Assembly (NCBI GenBank): GCA_951406725.2
Contig: OX597829.1
Coordinates: forward strand, 35,650,001 to 35,714,000
Direction: 5' to 3'
DNA from: Octopus vulgaris
Lineage: Eukaryota
Length of the DNA stretch: 64,000 bases
Shown piece by piece: positions 55,784 through 64,000 of this stretch (positions within the stretch are counted from its first letter, which is position 1; every line of letters starts with the position of its first letter). The notes under the pieces were generated by a model. It saw only the letters and a list, made by a program, of their open reading frames with translations, searched no databases and had not been told where the DNA came from. Both the position numbers and the translations under genes were made by a program.

Positions 55784-56929
55784 CGAAGGTCAGCTGAAAT
55801 GTTCATAGTCTGACCAAAATGCTTTCATGGAGTATAACCAAAGGAGGTTTATTTTTCGACTTAGTCGAACAGATGATAAAAGAGATGATAGTCAAATTGG
55901 GCCAAATTAGGAGAATGGGAAGTGTGATCAACCAGCTCAGAACCGTAGTCATCAACAGCAGCCGCTGAAATCAAGGACTTTTATGCTGGAGCATTGTCCT
56001 GATGAGATGCAACCTCTTTCGTCAGTTTTCCTGGGCATTTGGGCTTGATAGCCTTTCGTAGCTGACTCAGTAAGTTGGCATAGTACTTTCCATTGATCGT
56101 GTTGCTCTTTTCAAGATAGTCAATAAACACTATGCTTTTTGCATCCGAAAAATCTAAGGCTGTCACTTTACCTGCGGATAAAGCGATCTTGGCCTTTTTT
56201 CGAACAAGTGAAGGGGTGTTTCCACTGCCCGGCTTGTCTCTTTGTCTCTGGATCAAAGTGATGAACACAACACTCATTCTGGCTAAAGGAACTTCAAGGA
56301 AACCAGGTCGATTTGGTCAAGCAATGTCAGATATTTCCGTGATGTGATCAGCCTGGTGCGCTTTTGATCAGGTGTAAGAAAACGTAGCAATCACCGAGCA
56401 GAAACCGTCATGTCAAATTCATTGTACAAAATATTTTCAACTCTGTCACGGGATATGTTAATAGCATCGACTATTTGATTTATAGTCAATAGCCTGTTAT
56501 CCATCACCATGTGGTGAACATGATCAATGTTTACCTAAGTGGTGACAGTTGCAGGAGGTCTCGACCTTGGGTCGCCTTCAAGATTCTTCCTTCTCTTCCT
56601 AAGTTCAGCTACCCAATTTTGTACTCTTGATAAAGCTAGGGCACCCCCCCCCCACTAATGTATCAACCATGTCAGCATGCATGTCTCTGGAGGCTAAACC
56701 GTTATTTCCGCATGTACTTGATAATACCACGATGCCGAATTTTGTCCATTTTCAAGAAAAGTCGCTACTAGTTACTTTTGAAGTCTTCTTTGAACAGTGA
56801 GATATCAGTTTACCTGGGAAAAAAAAAACAATGCAGTTATTAATAAGACGGGTTGAAATTAATGCAAGCAAGATTTCACAGCTCTAGCATCATTTTTTGT
56901 CAGCCTATGAACTTTTCAGCTTACCCTCG
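55784..56929 (-). mobile_element. Mariner transposon with both TIRs, defective transposase
   Basis: TIRs cgaaggtcagctgaaatgttcatagtctgac and gtcagcctatgaacttttcagcttaccctcg, TA on both sides. MDKIRHRGIIKY from 56749; SAGKV...FIDYLEKSNTINGKYY...HQDNAPA. Stops and a deletion around the YSPDL region. Confidence 0.9.
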
Positions 56930-57092
56930 TACATTCACATAGCACTGTAATGCTATGTGAAAATCATAGCTACGTAAATCATAGGTGCACACTAGGTCTT
57001 AAGACGTTATAGAAGTTAATGGTAAGAGCTGGATCTGTCATAAATTAACTTTTTAAAAGACAAACCTAAACAGCAAAATGTGTGTGTGTGTA

Positions 57093-57136
<44 letters not shown>

Positions 57137-57186
57137 GGAGAGAAAGACAGAGAGAAGGAAAGAGAGAGAGAGAAGAGAGACAGACT

Positions 57187-57226
<40 letters not shown>

Positions 57227-57604
57227 CAAATAAACAGGTATGCAAATAGACAGACATAAACAGAGATAAATATATTATAGAATATTATATAAGCATAAAT
57301 GATACTGAGGCAAAAAAAAATGAAGAGAACGTAATCGATGGTGACACGACGACGACGATGATGACGATGACGATGACGATGATGATGATTTTCTTTTTCT
57401 TTCCCCTTATTTTCCTCTTCATCTACATCATCATGATTATCTTCATTATCATCATCATCATCATCAATCTTAACATCAAGCTGATAGGACTTCTATAAAT
57501 TCGCTTGACTTGCTAAAATTAACGGCCAGATCTATTTTAGTATTTTAGTATTTTGTCTTTAAAAGAAAGCAATTCATTGGATATGGTTCAGGGTATTAAG
57601 AATT

Positions 57605-57797
57605 GGTCATTATCACAACAACAACCATCATCATCATCGTCATCGTCTTCGTCGTCGTCATCGTAGTCGACGTCGTCGTCATCGTAGTCGACGTCGTCGT
57701 CATCGTAGTCGACGTCGTCGTCATCATCATCGTCGTCATCATCGTCGTCGTCACCATCACCGTCATCATCATCATCATCATCATGATCATGATCATG

Positions 57798-57855
<58 letters not shown>

Positions 57856-57871
57856 ACAACAACAACAACAG
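57605..57871. repeat. (CAT/CGT)n tract containing a 21-bp unit x3 (gtcatcgtagtcgacgtcgtc)
   Basis: Directly visible. Confidence 0.9.
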
Positions 57872-59067
57872 CTGACTCATTAACAGCAGAGATTTTTAAT
57901 TGAATAGGTTCAAACCAAATACTGAAATCATTTAGTTTAGCGCAATACTATATTTGTCAAAGCGCTGCTACTTTCGCGAGAGATGTTAGGAAAGCTATTG
58001 CAGAATAGTTAAACAACTCACATTAAATACTGAACTTAATGATAATAATAAGATAATAGTTATCAATATATTTACTTTCTGAATACTCTTTTACAGCTAT
58101 AATAGAATAAACTTAGATAAGCTAATGGAATATCTTAGATAAAATAACCAGGAAGGTGGTGTCAGAGTTACATATCGACCGCCTTAAATCAGACACTGAT
58201 TTAATATATCTACTTTGTGCACGTTCAGTCGTCTTTATACTGATATAGAACTGTTTCAAACTAATCATAGCGGGTCAGAAAAGTATTTAAATGAAAATAA
58301 GAGGAGTCTAATAATTAATTTTTTTAAGTGAACAAAATTACTCTCAAGTAAGGAAACAAGGATAGTAAATTATGATACTGAAGACAAAAAATATTGCCCA
58401 ATATTCCGACGGAAAAGATAAAAAAACGGAAACGAAAGTTATGGGACGGGTATTCAAATTGTAATGTAATAAAATAATCAAGTCAGCTGTGGTTAGAATC
58501 GAGTGACGAGTGAAAAAAGATTGCATGAGAAAGACATTTCAACTTCTCGAGCACGAAATTTTGCTATAGGTAGGATGGAAATGTTCCAAATGTTAAATTA
58601 ATGGACTTGGATTAAAGGTGATATAAAAAGGAATGCATGTTTGGTTACGGCTCTGATTTTGTTAGTGGGCTGTTGTACAATTCTTTGTGTTGATAGCGCT
58701 GATGGTAGCGGTGTCAGTGGTGTTGTTGCTATAGTTGTGTATAGCCAGAATACAGGTTTCACTGAGAAAATCTGTAGCTTACACAACTCTAGATCAAGAT
58801 ATGACACACATCTAATTATATATTTCAAGATAGTACTGCACATTTCGTCGTCAGTAATGAATTATTTACGGTGCCGTGTGGAAGTTTTGTAATGTTGCGC
58901 CATTTTCACTCTTTAATGCGTTCCATTTCTATTTTTGTGTAAACACTTGTGATAACCACAACAGTAATATGTGCAGTAATATAGGTGTGTATGTGTGTAT
59001 ATATGCATGTGTATGTGTATGTGTGTGTGTGCGTGTGTGTGTGTGTGTGAGAGTGTGTATGTATATA

Positions 59068-59410
59068 CGAGGTCTGATGAATAAGTATCCGTACTGTTGC
59101 CATAGTAACGAAGCTAAAGCACACAGAGTGAAGCCGCTTGGCGAAGATTGACTTTGAACACTGCTGTGCATGCTCACCAAGCTTTAACGTTCTAGCTCAC
59201 TTTCGCTGTTAACAGCAGTGCTTGGAAGGAAAGTGTGAAGCGTGTGATCGTCGCAATAACCATGACAGAGAAAGCTGTCATGGCGATACCTGCTCAGATG
59301 CCTACGCAAAGTTACAGAAACTGTATGGAGAGGAGAGCATGAGCCGCATTATAGTGAACGAGTAGTTCAGACGTTTCCAAGATGACCGAAAAAATGTCGA
59401 TATTGACGAA
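59068..59410 (+). mobile_element. Mariner 5' fragment
   Basis: TA|cgaggtctgatgaataagtatcc TIR; residual N-terminal HTH (YAKLQKLYGEESMSRIIVNE*FRRFQD). Confidence 0.8.
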
Positions 59411-59839
59411 CCCTTATTCTCTTATGTTATGGATCTTTCACTATATATTTTTCTATTAAATTGTGTGTGCTTATTTACGGTTGAAATAATATCGAATTAT
59501 GTGCTATTCTAGCACATTATATCTCATACCTTGTCATTTTGTTCTGTCTTCTTTCAGCTGTATCTTACTGCTCTTAATCCTCATATTCGTCCTCATCTTC
59601 ATCAACTTTCTCACCTCTTCCCCTGACTCTTGTGTCGTAGTTTCTATTTTCATAGAGCCTCTACCCTTATTCCGCAAATCCGAATTAAATTATTTGATCT
59701 CAAGCTAATACCAGTTCGTGTGCGCGCGTGTGTGTGTGTGGAGAGAGAGAGAGAGAGAGAGGGGGAGAGAGAGAGAGGGGGGAGAGAGAGAGAGGGAGAG
59801 AGTGAGAGAGAGAGAGTGAGAGAGAGAAGAATTCCTTTA

Positions 59840-60040
59840 CTGAAGCGTCCTCATCCTCTAGGTTGATGAAGTGCTGCGAGTGCAGGAAATGCCAGGGATC
59901 GGAACATGTAATAACCCGAGGGAGCAAGGTCCGGACTAGATGCCGGATGTGGTATCAGTTTGATTCGTACAAGTTCCTGATGTTTATATTGGGTCGTTCG
60001 ATCAGTGTGAGGTCTTTCGTTGTCTTCCTACAGAAGAGCA
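59840..60040 (-). pseudogene. Mariner transposase fragment
   Basis: LIPHPASSPDLAPSGYYMFRSL. Confidence 0.75.
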
Positions 60041-60043
60041 CAC

Positions 60044-60472
60044 TTTCTTATTTCTTTATTGCCCACAAAGAGCTAAATATAGAGGGGACAAAAAAGGACA
60101 GACAAAGGGATTAAGTCGATTATATCAATCCCAGTGCGTAACTGGTACTTAATTTATCGACCCTTATCGACCCCGAAAGGATGAAAGGCAAAATCGACCT
60201 CGGCGGAATTTGAACTCAGAACGTAACTGAGGATGAAATACCTATTTCTTTACTACCCACAAGGGGCTAAACACAGAGGGGACAAACAAGGACAGACAAA
60301 CGGATTAAGTCGATTACATCGACCCAGTGCATAACTGGTACTTAATTTATCGAACCCGAAAGGATGAAAGGCAAAGTCGACCTCGGCGGAATTTGAACTC
60401 AGAACGTAACGGCAGACGAAATACAGCTACGCATTTCGCCCGGCGTGCTAACGTTTCTGCCAGCTCGCCGCT
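60044..60472 (-). mobile_element. SINE family A, head-to-tail 1.7-mer
   Basis: Full unit at 60472-60240 followed by a second unit lacking its head, joined at ggtatttc. Confidence 0.88.
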
Positions 60473-60714
60473 GTTAACCAATAGGTTTGCCGTATATATT
60501 CGCTCCAGCTGTTTGGAGTACTAGTTGGCATCGATGGTTCAACCGCCCGGAACAAACTCGTAGTGAATTCCACCGAAGGCATATCATCGCCTTATGTTTG
60601 AAACGCCCATGTTTGAAGACAGGTTCAAAAGCAGGCCCTAGCGACAGATTTCTGAAGCAGGTCCTTGCTTAATCACTGCTTCTGCAAACTTGGATTGCGG
60701 AAAAATATTTTCTT

Positions 60715-60912
60715 GTTCCGGATTATATCTTGTTCCGATCCATTGCTCACTACTTGCGCTCAGGACGCTTCATCAATCAAGACGTGGTGGATGTTTCAGT
60801 GAATGATTTATTCACCTCGAAGGACAAGAACGGGTACAAGAGTGGGATCAAAGAACCTACAGAAAGGTGGCTTCTGGTGTTGCAACACGATGGCCTGTAT
60901 TTTGACTGCTAG
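60715..60912 (+). pseudogene. Mariner transposase C-terminal fragment
   Basis: DYILFRSIAHYLRSGRF...FTSKDKNGYKSGIKEPTERWLLVLQHDGLYFD*. Confidence 0.8.
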
Positions 60913-61090
60913 GCTGCTTTTGTTGTTGTTGTTGTTGCTGTGTGTGTGTATGTATGTGTGTATGTGTGTGTGTGTATGTGTGTGGACAAAAGAAGTGTAT
61001 TCCCCCGCAGGAAAAGATTTAGGAGAATTTGTTTGGGGGTTTGAAAATGCGCCTGAATCTGTTTTTAGATTTTGCAAAAGATTTATTCAA

Positions 61091-61133
61091 ATGCCAAACC
61101 GGTTTCAACAATTCTTTTGCTTATCAATGGTAC
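61091..61133 (-). ncRNA. Minimal hammerhead-like ribozyme with U3-A8 core
   Basis: GUACCA-UUGAUAA-GCAA AAGAA UUGU U-GAAA-CCGG-UU-UGGCAU. Confidence 0.6.
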
Positions 61134-62385
61134 AAATATATAAATAAAGGGTTTAGGAGCATTTAAATTTATAGAGTAAAAACTGGGCAAACACGTTTTA
61201 ACCTTCAAATGTTCACAGAAATTTCAATGAGTTTCACAGGGATAGCTGGTAATACAAGAGTAAATGTTTGGTGAAGATCATAACAAATGTACATTATTGA
61301 GAGTTCAGTCATATTGAATTTTTATTTTCAAAAAAGTTGGGGGTGAGGCTGGGAAAGGAGAAAGAGAAAAATATGGAGAAAAAGTAAAAGTTTGTTTTTT
61401 TTACAATTTCTATCGTGATGCGTGTAGTTCTTTTCTCGATTTCAGTCGAAGCGCACGGGTCTCTTCACCTTCTAAGCTTGATAGAGTTCCAAATTTTTTA
61501 GTATATTTTAGTTTTATGGTAAAGAATCAAGTTTTGATTGGTTGCAATTGTGATGAGCTTTTATGTTTTTCTCCTGTATATTTTGGTCAAAATATTTTTG
61601 CTTTGGAAAAGTCCCGCGTTCTGTTTGGACGGTTTCCTGGTGACGTCATGTGTTTGTAGAACATTTTCATTCCTTGGTGATCACGGTTAGGAAACAAATT
61701 CTGATTGGTTGTAGGTTTCGTGCCGTCACTTGTTTTGATCAAAAAATTATTTTCCGTTTTCGAAATAATATTTTTGTTTTAGCAGAGTTAGCGTTCTGCT
61801 TGGTTAACTTCCTGGTAGGGACTCGGCAAGCTTTGTTTGCTTGATGGTCATCTAGCGTTCCGGTTGGTTGGGTCGGTTCGATGCTTATTTATCTTTTTTC
61901 CTGAGAGTCTGGTTCTAACCAGAGAAAACTTTTCTTGATCTGATCTGACATCAGCAACTGGTGTTTGAAAAGATGTATGGTGTTTTTTGCATAGTAGCTT
62001 GGAGTTCGGTGTCAAATTCCTGAGGAAGCGTCCAACTTAAATTTTTCAACTTATATTTGTTGTTTCTGGTCGTTTTTCGTGAATAAAATGGGTTTTCTCT
62101 TCTGGAGTGTTATTATATGATATTTAGTTGTGCTTTGTATTTTTCAATGAACATACTTTCCTTATTTAATCAGAATCGGGTTCAAGTGTTTCCGCTGCAT
62201 TAATAGAGAGAGAAAACTTGGTATTACGGATTTATATTTGTGGGGCATTGATCTAAGTGTTTGCTCACAGAAAATTTTCTGGTCATTGGATCCCATAATC
62301 ATTGAAATTTCTGTGAACATTTGAACATTTGATCGTTTAAACATGTTTTTCTAACTTTAAACTGTCCTAAACCGCTTATTTATTC

Positions 62386-62435
62386 GTACCGTTGATAAGC
62401 CAAAAGTTGGAGAAACCGGCCAACCGGTTTGGTAT
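62386..62435 (+). ncRNA. Hammerhead-like ribozyme with U3-A8 core and full stem III hairpin
   Basis: GUACCG-UUGAUAA-G CCAA AAG UUGG A-GAAA-CCGG CCAA CCGG-UU-UGGUAU. Confidence 0.6.
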
Positions 62436-63120
62436 TTGAATAAATGTACTACAAAATTACAAAATTTAAAAACGACTACAAGTTTTGAGATTCAGGTGCA
62501 TTTTCAAACCCTACAACAAATTCCCTATGTATGTGCGAGTGTGTGGGTGTGTATGTACACACACACACATATCTTGCCCATATGTTGGTTAGTCGGGGCG
62601 TCGGCTAGCCGACCGATTTACCGATCATTTATGGGATATCCGCCAGCGAAAAGTGTCTCGTTGCCCGTCATTTTTGCTCTGCCGGCCATTCCACTGCACA
62701 CCCCACAGTCTTCAGTCTGGTCTCGCACCATGGATCTAACAGCACCACTCTTCACGTTGAACAACGCTACATTTTCTCGCTTGAAACCCATATACCGTAT
62801 GGACTTAATACTCATCGCCTTCCAGTAACATCCTCCACACACCTTTTTAAGAATAGTTTTTTAATCTTAATTTAAAAAAATTTTAATCTTTAAATTTTAA
62901 GTTTTAAGTTTTAATTTCTCTTAATTTTAATTCTTATCGATTTAAATTTTTTATTTAAATTATTCTTAATCTTAATTCATCTTCCATACACTTCTACACA
63001 CTCACATACATAGCTTGTGCACACCCCCACATACGCATACTACATACACAGTTAACGCGCACGCACACACACACATATTTCTATATCTTGGCACGACCAA
63101 AAGTCTCTTCACATACACCA

Positions 63121-63196
<76 letters not shown>

Positions 63197-63479
63197 AGAT
63201 ATACATGCATGCACATATACACACGCACATATACACACAGAGGCACATGCAAACATTATTATACATATATACACACGCATACATCAACACACACACATAC
63301 GTATACACAAAAACACATATATACACTCCCACACTTGTCATCTCACCTCTCACCACCAAATCTAACTGCAACTGCTAACCTGTCCACACCCTTACTCACA
63401 CATCGTTCACATAAACACAAACATCCACGCACACAGATACTAACACACACACTCACACTCACCATTTTTTGCACTTTGC

Positions 63480-64000
63480 TGTCTTAAAAACCACTTCCTC
63501 TATCTCTCTTCCTCTTCCGGTCACTTCAGCCATGTAGCCACAAACTTTATTTTCCTGGACATTCTTTCTTCTCTCCGTACCTTTGCTCTCTCCTTTTTCG
63601 GACGAAGAGCCATGCTCGAAACGTTATATTCTGCCTTTTCCTTTTATACTCTATACTTAGCGTCAACTTAATACATCCCATGTGTACATATACATGAGCG
63701 AGAGGAGTGAAAGAAATTGAGGGAACAAATTTCAGCATCCCACTCTAGCGTCTTCCCATTACAAACATGATTATGTATATATCTGTGTGTTTTCATCTCT
63801 CCATATCTTAAATGTTATGTATGCATTCACATACATGTATACATACATATACATATATACATATATATATATATATACATATACACATATACATACAAAC
63901 ATATATGTGTGTAACTCGTGAATACCACCGGCGATTTTTTTTCCTCTGTCCTCCCGTCTCGGGATCTTTCCTTCTCCCATGTTTCCGACGAAGAGCTCCG
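63480..64000 (+). mobile_element. Two PLE pLTR-like repeats with hammerhead-like motifs (63599-63626; 63985 to window end)
   Basis: cggacgaagagccatgctcgaaacgtt and ccgacgaagagctccg (cut by the window edge). Same family as 37123 and 53988. Confidence 0.55.

Larger units (their letters stand above)
61020..62525. mobile_element. PLE-like structure with diverged inverted terminal repeats (about 61020-61230 and 62300-62525)
   Basis: Shared ttcaaatgttcacagaaatttcaatg, aaccggtttgg.atttgaataaat and agattcagg.gcattttcaaaccc. Each repeat carries a hammerhead motif. Confidence 0.65.

Noticed and set aside
57655-57725. CRISPR-like 21-bp repeats
   Set aside because: Head-to-tail with no spacers, derived from (CGT/CAT)n, eukaryotic context.

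Overview
AT-rich animal genomic DNA, intergenic or deep-intronic, with no host protein-coding exon that I can support. The repeat landscape (very dense (AT)n, (AC)n, (AAT)n, (TATC)n and (TATG)n microsatellites plus three high-copy tRNA-derived SINE families) is what I recognise from octopus genomes; the organism is an inference. Almost all ORFs in the track are microsatellite artefacts. Real coding remnants: a near-intact CR1/L2-group LINE ORF2 (43.2-46.1 kb, minus; one in-frame TAG and YADD->FADN), decayed L1/Tx1 ORF1/ORF2 pieces, an R4/Dong-like fragment, an RTE endonuclease fragment, Penelope-like element (PLE) fragments, several mariner remnants, Helitron ends and MITEs. The most interesting signal is about a dozen minimal type-I hammerhead-ribozyme-like motifs (stem I, NUGANNA, stem II, GAAA, palindromic stem III, UH, stem I), mostly in PLE pLTR-like repeats. 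Across different repeat families the 3-8 core pair covaries (C-G, U-A, G-C). One copy appears to have converted its palindromic stem III into a true hairpin. All folds were done by eye and no activity has been tested.
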